Shown one piece after another: positions 19,143 through 29,960 of a stretch of DNA of 64,000 nt. Every line of letters begins with the position of its first letter. The first letter of the stretch is position 1. The notes below the pieces were generated by a model. The model was not told the DNA's origin. It saw only the letters and a program-made list of their open reading frames with translations, and searched no databases. The DNA lies in NCBI GenBank assembly GCA_963771465.1, contig CAVYTU010000014.1, positions 896,001 through 960,000 on the forward strand, in the 5' to 3' direction. The DNA is from an uncultured delta proteobacterium. GTDB lineage: Bacteria > Desulfobacterota > Binatia > UBA9968. The position numbers and the translations under genes are program-made.

Positions 19143-21110
19143 ATGCAAAAGAGACATCTGCAACAAATCACGCTGTCATTGGCGATGACGGTTCCCCTTG
19201 CCGGGATGGCGCAAGCCCAGCCGGCCGGTGCCGGTAAAAAATTTCAAATCGTCGAAGCAACGATTGCGGATATTCACAAAGCGATAAGATCAAAACAGCT
19301 CACCGCAACCCAACTCGTCAACATGTATCTCGCCCGGATCAAGGCCTACAACGGAACTTGCGTAAATGAACCGGAAGGAATTCTCGGACCGGTGTCGCCG
19401 ATTCCTCATGCCGGAGCCCTCAATGCCTTGATCACGTTGAACCTCCGACCCGCCGCGCGCAAGAAGTGGGGTTTCGACGATCGCAAAGCCCGCAGCATGA
19501 CGGATTTGGTCGACAACGACCTGAACATGCCCGACGCCCTCGAAGTGGCGGCCGCGCTCGACGCCCGATTCGCCAAGACGAGGAAGCTGGTAGGACCGCT
19601 GCACGGCATTGTGCTGAGCATTAAGGACATGATCGACACGTACGACATGCGCACCACCAGCGGTGCCGATGCCGATTATGCCAACGATCGCCCGCCGCGC
19701 GACGCGACGCTGGTGAAACGCCTGCGCGATGCGGGTGCGATCATACTGGCGAAGGCGAATCTCGGCGAATATGCCTCCGGCAGCCGCAGCGCTTTCGGCG
19801 GCACCATGTGCAACCCTTATGCAACCGATCGTGATGTTGGCGGCTCCAGCGGCGGCTCCGCTTCTTCGGTGGCAGCGAACCTGGTGACCTGCGCGATCTC
19901 GGAAGAAGGCGGCCCTTCGATCCGCATGCCGTCGCGGCTCAACAACGGTGTGGGTCTATCGCAGTCGCAAGGCTTGGTCAGCCGGGATGGAATGATCGGC
20001 GGCGGTCCACTCAACGATCGCAACGGCGCAGCGTGCCGCACCGTCGAAGACGTCGCCAAGGTGCTCGGCGTCATCGCCGGTTACGATCCGGCGGACGACT
20101 TGACCGTGCATAGCCTCGGTCGCGTTCCCAAAGAGGGATATCCAAGCTTTGCCAGGGCGACCAGCCTCAAAGGCATCCGGATCGGCGTCCTGCGAGAATA
20201 CATGGACAAGCGCCTGTTCACCCAGGCGGATCATGAAACCATCGATATCGTCGACCGAGCCATTGGGGATCTCCGCAAGCTCGGGGCTACGATCGTTGAT
20301 CCCGGACCCGAGGGCGCGCTGTTCCAGAAATGCATCGATCAGCACATTCCGCGCAACCTGAATGCGCTCTTCATCAAAGAATTTCCTGCGCTGTTCCCCG
20401 CCGGGGCCGATCACATCGCAGTGCTGCGAGACATGTACTTCGACCCGGCTCTCGTGCCAGCCAAGCCGACGATCCGCGATTTCGGGACGAGGGCGGCGAA
20501 CGTCGGCGAAGCGAAGTATTACTTCAACCGCTATCTCAAAAAGCGCGGCGACGCGAACATCAAGGACCTCACCGATCTGATCAACAAGTCGCGCTACTAT
20601 ATCGACACCTTCGGCCGCGACACCCGGTTCCGCGACGTGAAATCAGTCCTGCAGGAGGCCAACAAGCCCTCGACCTTGGACGTGCGCGATCGGGACGCCA
20701 ACAGGTCTGCCATTCAGCAGACCGTTATGCAGTGCATGGCGACGCTCAATCTCGACGCCGTGACGTATCCAACCGGCAACGTGCCTGCGTCCCTCATCAA
20801 GGCGCCGGTCGAGCCGGACGTGAACGGCCGGTCGCATCAGGCTTGGACATTGCTCGGACAGATGGGCTTCCCGGCGATCACCGTCCCGGCCGGGTTCACG
20901 ACCCAGGTCTTCGATCGCATCCGCGACAAGGATGCTCCCGGCGGCACGCGGCTGGTCGGCCCGGTACCGGCAAAGCTTCCCGTGGGGATCGATTTTCTGG
21001 CCATGCCGTTCGCCGAACCGATGCTCTTCCGGATCGCCTCGGCGTACGAAAGAGCGACACATCATCGGATTTCGCCCCCCGAATTTGGCCCGTTGGAAGA
21101 AAAGAAATGA
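19143..21110 (+). CDS. Secreted amidase-signature family enzyme
   Basis: Signal peptide, GPLHGI...IKD, GGSSGGS, SIRMPS, FPAITVPAG, LPVGI; GGAGG RBS. Confidence 0.9.
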   Translation: MQKRHLQQITLSLAMTVPLAGMAQAQPAGAGKKFQIVEATIADIHKAIRSKQLTATQLVNMYLARIKAYNGTCVNEPEGILGPVSPIPHAGALNALITLNLRPAARKKWGFDDRKARSMTDLVDNDLNMPDALEVAAALDARFAKTRKLVGPLHGIVLSIKDMIDTYDMRTTSGADADYANDRPPRDATLVKRLRDAGAIILAKANLGEYASGSRSAFGGTMCNPYATDRDVGGSSGGSASSVAANLVTCAISEEGGPSIRMPSRLNNGVGLSQSQGLVSRDGMIGGGPLNDRNGAACRTVEDVAKVLGVIAGYDPADDLTVHSLGRVPKEGYPSFARATSLKGIRIGVLREYMDKRLFTQADHETIDIVDRAIGDLRKLGATIVDPGPEGALFQKCIDQHIPRNLNALFIKEFPALFPAGADHIAVLRDMYFDPALVPAKPTIRDFGTRAANVGEAKYYFNRYLKKRGDANIKDLTDLINKSRYYIDTFGRDTRFRDVKSVLQEANKPSTLDVRDRDANRSAIQQTVMQCMATLNLDAVTYPTGNVPASLIKAPVEPDVNGRSHQAWTLLGQMGFPAITVPAGFTTQVFDRIRDKDAPGGTRLVGPVPAKLPVGIDFLAMPFAEPMLFRIASAYERATHHRISPPEFGPLEEKK

Positions 21111-21252
21111 ATGACGGGCTAAATCAGCTTCCGCACGACCTCAAGTCCAGACCCAAAGGCGTATCGGAGGACTCATCATTCCACAGAACACCAATACAAG
21201 TGTGATGCTGCGAAAGTAGCACTGCTTCGCCAATCTGTGCTTAGTCTACAAC

Positions 21253-22434
21253 ATGACGATGCCCTTCCGACCGCGCTGGTATTTCTTTATCGCGCTCGTC
21301 TCCATCACCTTCATCGGACCGCTGTCGATCCATCTGTTCATCCCGGCCATGCCGGCGGTCAAAGAGGCCTTCGGCGTCTCGACCGGCATGGCGCAGCTCA
21401 CGCTCTCGCTTGGCATGCTGTCGATGGCGTTCTTCACGGTCGCCTATGGCGGCTTGTCCGATCGCTTCGGACGCAAGCGCGTACTCTTGAGCGGGCTGGT
21501 GCTTTTCACCTGCGGCGCCGCTAGCTGCATGGCCGCCGCCAACCTGCCGATGTTGCTCGCCGGGCGCATATTGCAGGGAGCGGGTGCGGGATGCGGTGTC
21601 GTGCTGGCGCGCGCCATCGCCCGCGACGTCTACGGCCAGGACCGAGTTGCCCAGGTGATCGCCTACCTCACGGCCGCCTACGTGCTGGGTCCGATGTTTG
21701 CGCCGCCGATCGGCGGTCACCTGACCGTGCTGTTCGGCTGGCGCGCGCTGTTCGTGCTGGCGTCGGTCGTCGGGCTGTTGGTGATCCTCGCGGTGGCTTT
21801 CGCGGTGCCGGAAACCCGCGCGCGCAACACCGCCGCGCCGCGTGGCGTATTCGCCGGCTACAAGGCGCTGCTCAGGCGACAGCGCTTCGTCGGTTTCATG
21901 CTCCAGCCCGGCATGATGTCGGCCGCCTTCTACACCCAAGCGACCGCCGCGTCGTTCCTCGCCGCCGAACATCTCGGCGCTGATGCATCCGATATCGGTC
22001 TGTGGTTCTTCGCCTTCCCGGTGGGCTTCATGGTCGGCAGTTTCATCTCGGGCCGCGTCGGCGCCAACCGTTCGATCGAATTCATGACCATGCTTGGCGG
22101 CGTGATCGGCGTTGCCAACGGCGCGCTGCTCGCCGGCTGGCTCTATTTCGGCGGCGTCTCCATGGCCGCGCTCTACATCCCGGGAATGTTCTGCAGCCTC
22201 GCTCAGGGCCTCTCCATGCCGTATGCTCAAGCCGGCGCCATGGCAGTCGACAGTGAGCTTGCCGGATCAGCCGCGGGTGCCGTCGTGTTCTCGCAGCTCT
22301 TCTGGCCCGCCGCACTGCAGCAGCTCACGGCACTGCTCGCGAACGGTAGTTGGGTGCCGATGGCGACGGTGCACCTGGCCGCAATGATTGCAGCACTGTT
22401 CGCCGGCTGGATAGCGGTGCGCGCCGAGCGCTAG
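21253..22434 (+). CDS. Bcr/CflA family MFS efflux transporter
   Basis: Multiple hydrophobic helices, LSDRFGRKRV, ARAIARDVY, PETR. Confidence 0.92.
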   Translation: MTMPFRPRWYFFIALVSITFIGPLSIHLFIPAMPAVKEAFGVSTGMAQLTLSLGMLSMAFFTVAYGGLSDRFGRKRVLLSGLVLFTCGAASCMAAANLPMLLAGRILQGAGAGCGVVLARAIARDVYGQDRVAQVIAYLTAAYVLGPMFAPPIGGHLTVLFGWRALFVLASVVGLLVILAVAFAVPETRARNTAAPRGVFAGYKALLRRQRFVGFMLQPGMMSAAFYTQATAASFLAAEHLGADASDIGLWFFAFPVGFMVGSFISGRVGANRSIEFMTMLGGVIGVANGALLAGWLYFGGVSMAALYIPGMFCSLAQGLSMPYAQAGAMAVDSELAGSAAGAVVFSQLFWPAALQQLTALLANGSWVPMATVHLAAMIAALFAGWIAVRAER

Positions 22435-22550
22435 CGCTTTAAATAGATAATAAAGAGGCAACGCGGCAGATCTCTCGTTACTCGTCAGGCCTTCTGCCGG
22501 GCTCGGCGGGTAATCCCGAATAATTCGTACAAACTCAAAAAGACCGCGCT
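22432..22550 (+). repeat. Dispersed ~100-bp repeat (TAGYGCT family), copy 2
   Basis: Begins at the MFS TAG stop codon; aligns with the 7859 and 43025 copies. Confidence 0.85.
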
Positions 22551-22651
22551 CTCACGCTGACCAGAAAGTCATGAAGTAAAAGTCTGATCCAAACTTTTCC
22601 ACTGACTACCGTCTTGTCCATGGTAGCTCCAGTCGAGCAAACGGTTGGCAA

Positions 22652-24100
22652 TCAGTGTCGGCGACCGAGCACCCGTACGCTGAACTTCAGCTCGGGGCCC
22701 GGCGTGGGGGCGACTTTCATGCGCATCTGATAGTCGGAGGGAGCGAGCTCCATCTGCAACCGGTGAAACAGCGTCGCCATCGTGAGCGCGATCTGCACCT
22801 CTGCGATGCCCACACCGAGGCAGGTGTGCTCACCGAGACTGAAAGGGGCGAAGGCGCCGGCTTTCTTGTGCTCGTTTCGTGGCGGCGCGAAGCGCGTGAT
22901 GTCGAACTTGGTCGGAATCGAATAGAACTGCTCGAGAAAGTGGGACACCGTGATGGCAATGAAGAGCGGCTCGTCCTTTTCCACCAGGTGACCGGCGAAC
23001 TCGAAGTCCCGGGTGGCATTGCGCATGGCGGCCACCGCGATCGGATACATGCGCAGAGTCTCCATGATCGCGCCGTGGAACACCGGCATGATGCGCAAGG
23101 ACTCAGGGGTCACCGGGCCCGCGGCAAATACCCGGTCGACCTCGGCCAGAACCTGCTCATGCACGTCGCGATGCTTAAGAACCGCGTAGAGCATGGCCGA
23201 GGTGGTGTTGGCCACGGTGTCGAGGCCCGCAAAATACGGCCCCAGCACCGCCATCATCAGCTCCGCCCCTTCGAACAGGGTTTCGTCCTGTTTGGCGGCT
23301 GCCATGATGTCGTCGATGAGGGTAGGCTGCTTGGGATCGACACGGCTGGGGTCGTAGCTGTCGATCATTCGCTGGCCGAGCTCGAAGATGCGCTTCTTGG
23401 CGCGTCGGTAGTCGGGCATCCGCAGCATGATGCGCGGCCGCATGTGGACCACGAGCACGTTGAGCGCAAGGCGGATGAAAAGCCGCAGATCGTCGACGTA
23501 CTCGCCCGGCGCGCGCCCGGCCACCATGATGCCCAGCTGCTCGGCGGCGAGATGCTGCATGGCCGGAACCACGCGCAACCTTTGCCCCGGTTGCCACTCG
23601 TCTTGCAGCATCCGATCAGTGATGTCGATGAGCTCTTGGTAGCGTCCGCTGATGGATGCGCGGCCGAAGCCGCGCTTCATCACCTTGCGGATCTTGTCGT
23701 GCATTTCGCCGTCGGTATTGATCAGGTTCTTCTTGGCCCCGAATTCGTTGACGAACTCTTGCCAGAATTCCTTGGAGCGTAAATGGGTGTCGCCTTCGCG
23801 TGCAATGAAGCGATTGGCTTCCGGGCCGGCCAGGACGGTGTATGGCTTGTTGAACAAACGAATGCGGAAGATGGGGCCGGCTTCGCGGTAGCACCTCACG
23901 AAGAAGGCCCCGGGATCGGTGCCCATCTCCCAGGCGTTGCCGATGAACGGTAGACCGCGCACGAACGGGGGTCGCGGTGCTCGGAGCGCCGTGGTGCGCG
24001 GCGCGGTTGCTGCGGACGGCGGCGGCTCTCCGGCGGGCAGTGCCACTGTCTCAATTCCCTGCGAACCGTTGGGTGTAGTCGCGAGCTCCATGGCAATCAC
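22652..24100 (-). CDS. Cytochrome P450
   Basis: AGLDT I-helix, ETLR (ExxR), FSLGEHTCLG heme-binding motif. Confidence 0.96.
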   Translation of the reverse strand: MIAMELATTPNGSQGIETVALPAGEPPPSAATAPRTTALRAPRPPFVRGLPFIGNAWEMGTDPGAFFVRCYREAGPIFRIRLFNKPYTVLAGPEANRFIAREGDTHLRSKEFWQEFVNEFGAKKNLINTDGEMHDKIRKVMKRGFGRASISGRYQELIDITDRMLQDEWQPGQRLRVVPAMQHLAAEQLGIMVAGRAPGEYVDDLRLFIRLALNVLVVHMRPRIMLRMPDYRRAKKRIFELGQRMIDSYDPSRVDPKQPTLIDDIMAAAKQDETLFEGAELMMAVLGPYFAGLDTVANTTSAMLYAVLKHRDVHEQVLAEVDRVFAAGPVTPESLRIMPVFHGAIMETLRMYPIAVAAMRNATRDFEFAGHLVEKDEPLFIAITVSHFLEQFYSIPTKFDITRFAPPRNEHKKAGAFAPFSLGEHTCLGVGIAEVQIALTMATLFHRLQMELAPSDYQMRMKVAPTPGPELKFSVRVLGRRH

Positions 24101-24744
24101 TTCTCCTTTGCGTAACGGGTCAGAAAAGCCTCCACGCCGTCTCTCACCAGCAGCTCCTTACGCCGCGCAGGTGAGGGGATCCCCAGGGTGCGCGGCCAGA
24201 AGAGACCATTGATGGTCAGCCCCCAGAAATGCAGCGCTGCGGTCTCGAGATGCGGGATGCGCAAGCGGCCGCGCCGTGACTCTTCGCGCAGCAGGGGGCT
24301 TATCCCCAAGAGCTCGAAGGGATCCATCTCGGAGCGAAAAGCACGGCGCAAGGCGGGGGTGCGGATCGATTCGGCCAGGACCACGCGAAACAGCCCCAGC
24401 GCCTCGGGATGAAGCAGCCCGTCGAGGAGCGCAAGCGCGAGCCCCTCGAGACGCTCCGCGACCGGGGCCTCGGAATGTGCGCCTTTTTTGCTGGCCGCTC
24501 CGAGAACGCGCCCCCATAGATCGGCAACCACTTGGTCGAAGAGTGCATCCTTGCTGGCGAAGTGGTTGTAGACCGTGCGCTTGGATACGTGCGCGAGCTT
24601 GGCCACGTGATCCATGCTGGTGGCGTGGTAGCCCTGGTCGCAGAAGCTCTGCACGGCCGCGCGCAGCACGGCGGCGCGTTTTTTCTCGGTGCGTGTCTGG
24701 GATTCCGCGGGTGGCTGGCGCGAAGGCCGATGTCCGACGTCCAT
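24097..24744 (-). CDS. TetR/AcrR family transcriptional regulator
   Basis: GYHATSMDHVA...SKRTVYNHFASKDALF HTH; overlaps the P450 start by 4 nt. Confidence 0.93.
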   Translation of the reverse strand: MDVGHRPSRQPPAESQTRTEKKRAAVLRAAVQSFCDQGYHATSMDHVAKLAHVSKRTVYNHFASKDALFDQVVADLWGRVLGAASKKGAHSEAPVAERLEGLALALLDGLLHPEALGLFRVVLAESIRTPALRRAFRSEMDPFELLGISPLLREESRRGRLRIPHLETAALHFWGLTINGLFWPRTLGIPSPARRKELLVRDGVEAFLTRYAKEK

Positions 24745-24775
24745 GGAGGGGATTGTAGCTCGGTTTGGACTAGAA

Positions 24776-24798
24776 GTAAACTACACAGTGTAGTTTAC
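24776..24798. promoter_or_regulatory. Putative TetR operator
   Basis: Perfect 11-1-11 palindrome GTAAACTACAC-A-GTGTAGTTTAC about 30 bp upstream of tetR. Confidence 0.8.
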
Positions 24799-24907
24799 CA
24801 ATGCTGCAGCGATTTCCCAGTTCAGAGCCTTACCGTGCAATATCAAGTGTCGGTTAACGGAACCTGGGAAGCAGTTCCATAGCTCGTCCATGGTCAGCTT
24901 AATGACC

Positions 24908-25010
24908 TGGAACCTTGAACCGTCGCAACCGCTGGAATGATCGGTACGCCTGGAACGAGTTCCCCTAATTGACCTTTGGATCGACTGGAACTATTGGAAC
25001 GTTTGGAACA
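24908..25010 (+). repeat. 9-mer-period TGGAAC tandem array
   Basis: ACTGGAACT-ATTGGAACG-TTTGGAACA; TGGAACGAGTTCCCCTA.TTGA shared with 31609. Confidence 0.8.
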
Positions 25011-25112
25011 ATTCGCTGCCTGTCCCGAGATTTCGACTTGCCGTAAGAGTTCTTTGCGGCCATGCGAATCTTTTGTATTCGACGCCGAAGAGTTGGACCG
25101 GTGATGCAGAGA

Positions 25113-25766
25113 CTAAAAAATTCCTAGATAAAGTCGCAACAAAAATTCCATCGGTGGGTCGATGATCCGATCGACGATCCCAGTCATGAGCAGCACGATC
25201 AGGATCAGAAAACCGTAGCGCTCGATGCCGGCAACTTTAGACGCGAGCGGACCCGGCAGAAGACCGACTAGAACTCGACCGCCATCCAGCGGCGGCAGCG
25301 GAAGCATGTTGAATACCGCCAAAGAGATATTGATCAGCACACCACCCTGCGCCATCAACACCGGCAGCGTCAACCAAGAACCGGCGGACATCCCCGACGC
25401 ACCATGCGGCATGAGAGCTTTCCAGACCAGCACAAAACCCAAGGCCAACAGCAGATTCATCGCAGGTCCGGCTGCCGCCACCCAGACCATGTCGCGTTTG
25501 GGATTACGCAGGTTGTAAAAATTCACCGGTACCGGTTTGGCATAGCCGAAGACAAACGGTGAACCCGAGAGGATCAGCATCGCCGGAAACAGGATGCTGC
25601 CGAACAGATCGATATGGGGGATCGGATTGAGCGTCAGACGCCCCAGGCGCGCCGCCGTCGAATCACCCAACCGATTGGCCACCCAGCCATGCGCCACCTC
25701 GTGAAATACCACAGCAATCACAAGCGGAATCGCCCAGATGGCAATCTTTTGAATAGTCTCTTCCAA
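25113..25766 (-). CDS. Site-2 protease (peptidase M50)
   Basis: HEVAH (HExxH), AGPAMN, FNMLPLPPLDGG. Confidence 0.93.
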   Translation of the reverse strand: MEETIQKIAIWAIPLVIAVVFHEVAHGWVANRLGDSTAARLGRLTLNPIPHIDLFGSILFPAMLILSGSPFVFGYAKPVPVNFYNLRNPKRDMVWVAAAGPAMNLLLALGFVLVWKALMPHGASGMSAGSWLTLPVLMAQGGVLINISLAVFNMLPLPPLDGGRVLVGLLPGPLASKVAGIERYGFLILIVLLMTGIVDRIIDPPMEFLLRLYLGIF

Positions 25767-26093
25767 ATTGCTCTCGTAGCGAATGCTCTGATACGAATAC
25801 GAGATGAAATCAGAAAAGACAAGTTAAATGGTTTCACGATCTAGCGCAGTAAGTTTCTCTCGGACCTCCGATTTCGGTGGGCGAACTATGGTGAATAGAA
25901 ATGTTATGTCAGGCACACGCATCGGGTAATGTAGAGCGAATCTGCATCTCGCCCGTTATTCACGTTACGCAAATTAGCCAAGTCTGAACTTGGATTTCTT
26001 ATGAATGTTGACAAGACTCGGTTAGCTAATGGATAGTGAACAAATCCAGCGAAGACTACTGCCACCCGTCACCGACCAGAGGAGGAATATGAC

Positions 26094-26726
26094 ATGGATA
26101 CGATAGACCGGAACGATGCCTACACCGTTACTTCGCTGGACGATCTCGCGAAGATTTATGCCAAGCCGTTGCCCCACATCGCCACCAAGGAAACCGACTA
26201 CATCACCGAGGTCGGGCGCGGCTTCATCGCGGCATCGCCGTTCCTGGTGCTCGCCACCTCGAATGGGACCAGCATCGACTGTTCGCCCAAGGGCGATCTG
26301 CCGGGCTTCGTGCAGCTGCTCGACGACCGCACGCTGCTGATCCCCGACCGGCCAGGCAACAACCGCATCGACGGGATTAAGAACCTGCTCATCAACCCGA
26401 AAGTCGGTATCATTTTCATGGTCCCAGGATCGGACGAAACCTATCGCGTGACTGGCAGTGCGACGATTAGCACGGACCCGGAGTTGCTGAAGCGATTCGA
26501 GGTTCGCGGCAAGCGGCCGCGCGTAGTCATGGTTGTCGCTGTCGAGGAAGCCTTCAACCACTGTCCCAAAGCTTTCGTGCGGGCGAAGCTGTGGGAAGCG
26601 ACGGCGCGGCCGAGCGGCGCGCCAAGCCACGGCGACTTCGCCGCCGCCCGTGACGGCAAGGATGCCGCATACGCCAGGGAATATAACGCGAAATATGCCG
26701 AGCGCATAAAGACCGAGCTTTACTGA
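26094..26726 (+). CDS. Pyridoxamine 5'-phosphate oxidase-like FMN-binding protein (MSMEG_1061-like)
   Basis: DCSPKGD.PGFV, PDRPGNNR.D, HCPKAF.RAKLW; GGAGG RBS. Confidence 0.9.
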   Translation: MDTIDRNDAYTVTSLDDLAKIYAKPLPHIATKETDYITEVGRGFIAASPFLVLATSNGTSIDCSPKGDLPGFVQLLDDRTLLIPDRPGNNRIDGIKNLLINPKVGIIFMVPGSDETYRVTGSATISTDPELLKRFEVRGKRPRVVMVVAVEEAFNHCPKAFVRAKLWEATARPSGAPSHGDFAAARDGKDAAYAREYNAKYAERIKTELY

Positions 26727-26975
26727 CCAGGCCGCAAAACGAGAGGGCGGCGACCAAAAATCCGGGCCGCTGCGCGTATCAATCAACTGTGATCACGCCA
26801 GAAGGATTCGACAACTTTGAACTCGCCTTACCTGATATCTATCATGGCCGCACTTCCCATGCGGACATCTGTACTGACTTTTTAATCTAGATTCCGAAAA
26901 GCTCCGCAGCGCAATGGATATGCCGGACGGCAATGGAGCGTATCATTCTTGTTACAGGGGCGAGCAAATTTGATT

Positions 26976-27239
26976 TCAGCTAACGAGCTTTGGAAGTCGA
27001 AATAGTTCTATTTGCTTTTCGCAAGCAAAGTTTCCAAAACATTCAACGCACACAAATTCGTTCTGGTATTTGCTCGGAACCACTGCCTTCCACACATTAT
27101 CCGGTACGTCGAAATCAACCTTGGCTAGCCCGCATGCGTGGCAAAGGTCGGAGCCAGGGTCATTGTCCTTCGATCTTTGCTGCCGCGCCATGACAATGAC
27201 CCTGGCGGTATTTCCCCATCTGCGTCGGTTCTGCTCCAT
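26976..27239 (-). CDS. Small CxxC...CxxC protein
   Basis: CHAC...W...CVEC; ATG overlaps the upstream TAA (TAATG translational coupling). Confidence 0.55.
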   Translation of the reverse strand: MEQNRRRWGNTARVIVMARQQRSKDNDPGSDLCHACGLAKVDFDVPDNVWKAVVPSKYQNEFVCVECFGNFACEKQIELFRLPKLVS

Positions 27240-28084
27240 TAATTCAGAGGCTGTGGCTCGCCGTAGACAAAGTCGTCCATCATAACGATGTCGTTCTTCT
27301 TATCATCATCCGGCCCCGGGGGAACGTCGCCGGTTGTGATCCGGACCCGCGCGATGCGCGCGTCCTCAAACACGATGCCGAAGAAGGAAAGGCTCCCATC
27401 GCCCGGCGAGGCCGGAACAAAGCTGCTGAACAAAAGTTTGCCGTGAGCGTCGAAGTATTCCATCAGCGTACTGGCCCCGCGGTTGCCCTTCTTCGTTCCA
27501 GGGCCGCTCCCATCCGGCTGATCAACGTCTGTGAAGACCGCGCCGAAGCCACGGACGGTTGCCGGGTCACGCCCATTAGTGCCGGGCACGAAGAACAAAG
27601 CTTCGGTGATGTTGCTGCCCACTGGAGTGAACAACCGTGACGCGCTGAAGACACTGAAGATGTCCTCATAGGTCAAATTGTTGAAGAGTCCTGCAAGGCC
27701 CGAAAGAGCAACCTGCGAAAGACCTATCCCCGGTGTGGTGAACTGGCTGCCGCGGGTGTTCAGGAACGTGGTGAACGGCGTCACCGGCAGGGTTGTGGCC
27801 GTAATGGCGGAGTTGCCGCCATCCCAGTTGATCTCGCGCCGACCGCTTCTGTCGAGCGGTGGTGGATTATTACCGTTGTTGGGATCGCCCAGAGCGTCGC
27901 GGAACGCATCGACCGTGCTCTGAATCGAGTCGGCCGTTGACCCTGCCGCCTGGAACACAATCGGCGCAACAAAGTCCTTGGATGTGTTGCCCTGCGCGTG
28001 CACAGCCTGGCGGACTGGGACTAGCAACGTCATGAACAACAAGCCAAACGCGAGTACGTGAGTTAAAGATACATGCCTCTTCAT
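27239..28084 (-). CDS. Secreted protein of unknown function
   Basis: Signal peptide MKRH...AVHA; RREINWDG, GFGAVFTDVD and MDDFVYGEP blocks; start uncertain (28084, 28165 or 28210). Confidence 0.8.
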   Translation of the reverse strand: MKRHVSLTHVLAFGLLFMTLLVPVRQAVHAQGNTSKDFVAPIVFQAAGSTADSIQSTVDAFRDALGDPNNGNNPPPLDRSGRREINWDGGNSAITATTLPVTPFTTFLNTRGSQFTTPGIGLSQVALSGLAGLFNNLTYEDIFSVFSASRLFTPVGSNITEALFFVPGTNGRDPATVRGFGAVFTDVDQPDGSGPGTKKGNRGASTLMEYFDAHGKLLFSSFVPASPGDGSLSFFGIVFEDARIARVRITTGDVPPGPDDDKKNDIVMMDDFVYGEPQPLN

Positions 28085-28472
28085 GATTGCATGATCTATC
28101 GAGCCCCCTGGGCAGGGATGGTTATTTTCGACTTCCTCAATTTTCGTTGTAACTATGGTATTCATTTCTTCTTCCTTTCTTATTTCATATGGGTTATTCG
28201 TGCTTTCCAATTGGACGTGAGCAAATCTTATCGAAGCTCATTCGATTCTCCGGTTCGCGATTAAATAATTTTTCTTTGGACAGAGGTGGTTGATGGCCGG
28301 ATGAATGATAACGATCACAAGCAAAAACGACTCGCTCATAAAAATTCTCCTATCTCCTAACGTAAATCTCGTTTCGCAAATCCATTTTCCCTGATTAACG
28401 GTCTCTGATTTCTCGGGGTCTTTTTTCCAACCCCAGCGACATGCAAAGTGAACCGTGTTCAGTGGACGTGCG

Positions 28473-28503
28473 GTATATCCCTCTGCGTAAGCAAAAGGTT
28501 CTA
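28473..28503 (-). promoter_or_regulatory. Putative ECF sigma promoter (target gene)
   Basis: TAGAACC-N15-GGGATATAC, with boxes and spacing identical to 31425-31455. Confidence 0.7.
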
Positions 28504-28715
28504 ACGCGTCCTAGTTATATAGACTTGCAAATGGGACGCGGCCTATCGATCGCGGGCAGGGAACGAGTAGGGGGACTTGACGTTATTAGCTTCGTCTAAC
28601 GCCAAGGATTAGGATGTAGCGCGAAGACAGTGAGTCAGTTGCAAGAAGGCCATTTTTGGCAGGAACACGTATGTAGGGGTCTTCAGAATCATCAAGTTAG
28701 ATCGCGAAAAAATAT

Positions 28716-29960
28716 CTACGAACATGCGTCACGCACAACTCGCCGCAGCGCCTCACAAGCATCCACATGACGGAGTGACACGGATTCTGGATCATTTTTA
28801 TTCACGGGGCGGCCAGTTTCGACTAGTAGCTCTCTCACCTCGCGCGGCGACAATTGTGGATTTGCTTCGAGCAGTAGAGCGACAATCCCGGAAACATGAG
28901 CTGCGGCAAAGGAACTGCCGGAGAGAAAATTGTAACCGCCATGGGGCACCGTGGTCAGCACCTCAATGCCGGGTGCAGCCAGTGTTGCTGGATGTTTGTC
29001 CAAGCGCGCGCGCACGTTCCCTTGTGCGTCACTGGACACCACAGCGATTACTGCCGATAAGCTGCTGGGAAAGCTAAGCGCCGGATCTCCACCTTCCATC
29101 ACGGCAGCCACTACCGTGATGCGTTGCTCATCTATGGCTTTAACGATCAGCCGCCTTAGAAGGGGATCGGCAGGTCCGGATAAGCTGAGATTTAGAACCC
29201 GCACCCGCTCAACAATGGCAAAGTCGATCGCCTTGGCGAGGGTCCAGCTGCTACACGACGCCTCCGGGTTCCCGGGCCGGCGATGCCAGCACGCTTTTAC
29301 AGCCAAAAGGTCAGCATCAGGAGCGATTCCGTAGATGCCGAGCCCATTGCCGGCCCGCGCCCCGATCACACCAGCAACAGCAGTGCCGTGCTGATCGGCC
29401 GTGAACGTCTTTTCGCCTCCCTCGACAAAGTTAATCGTCTTGACAACTCGATCCGCGAGGTCGGGGTGGTTGGTATCAACCCCAGTATCAACAACAGCTA
29501 CACGCACACCTCGACCTGTTACCCAGGCTTGGGCTCGATCGGCATGGACCGCGCGCGGCCCATATTGAAGAGGCGCGTACGGATCTTGAGCGCGCGCTCG
29601 GAGACTCTGGAAAAATTGGTTCTGCTGGACTGATTCCACGCGAGGGTCAACCGTTAACTGCGCCAGCACATCATCGAGCGGACGACTTTCGCTTACCTGA
29701 AAAACAACACATTGCACGCCGAGAGAGGTAAGTGGGAAAGCGCCGACTTGATCCAGGCCATACTCGCCTGAAAGCTCTTTGGCGAGGGTGGCCCAGACCT
29801 CTGGTGCGGCGGGAGCAAGGGTGACAATCACCTGCCGAGCCTGTAGCTGTCGGGGAAGTGCCTCAGCCTCTTCACCAACTCCTCTCTGTAAAGCGAGACC
29901 GCTGCACCCGGCAGTCAAAAACGCTAATCCAACGAGAAGAGACAATATTCGTATCATCAC
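28716..29960 (-). CDS. S8 subtilase, lipoprotein
   Basis: Lipobox LTAGC; catalytic triad motifs VDTG, HGT, GSSFAAAHVSG. Confidence 0.93.
   Translation of the reverse strand: MMIRILSLLVGLAFLTAGCSGLALQRGVGEEAEALPRQLQARQVIVTLAPAAPEVWATLAKELSGEYGLDQVGAFPLTSLGVQCVVFQVSESRPLDDVLAQLTVDPRVESVQQNQFFQSLRARAQDPYAPLQYGPRAVHADRAQAWVTGRGVRVAVVDTGVDTNHPDLADRVVKTINFVEGGEKTFTADQHGTAVAGVIGARAGNGLGIYGIAPDADLLAVKACWHRRPGNPEASCSSWTLAKAIDFAIVERVRVLNLSLSGPADPLLRRLIVKAIDEQRITVVAAVMEGGDPALSFPSSLSAVIAVVSSDAQGNVRARLDKHPATLAAPGIEVLTTVPHGGYNFLSGSSFAAAHVSGIVALLLEANPQLSPREVRELLVETGRPVNKNDPESVSLRHVDACEALRRVVRDACS

Noticed and set aside
21200-21225. GAAA-capped hairpin TGCTGC-GAAA-GTAGCA resembling group II intron domain V
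   Set aside because: The lower stem with the catalytic triad and domain VI are missing, and there is no reverse transcriptase ORF.
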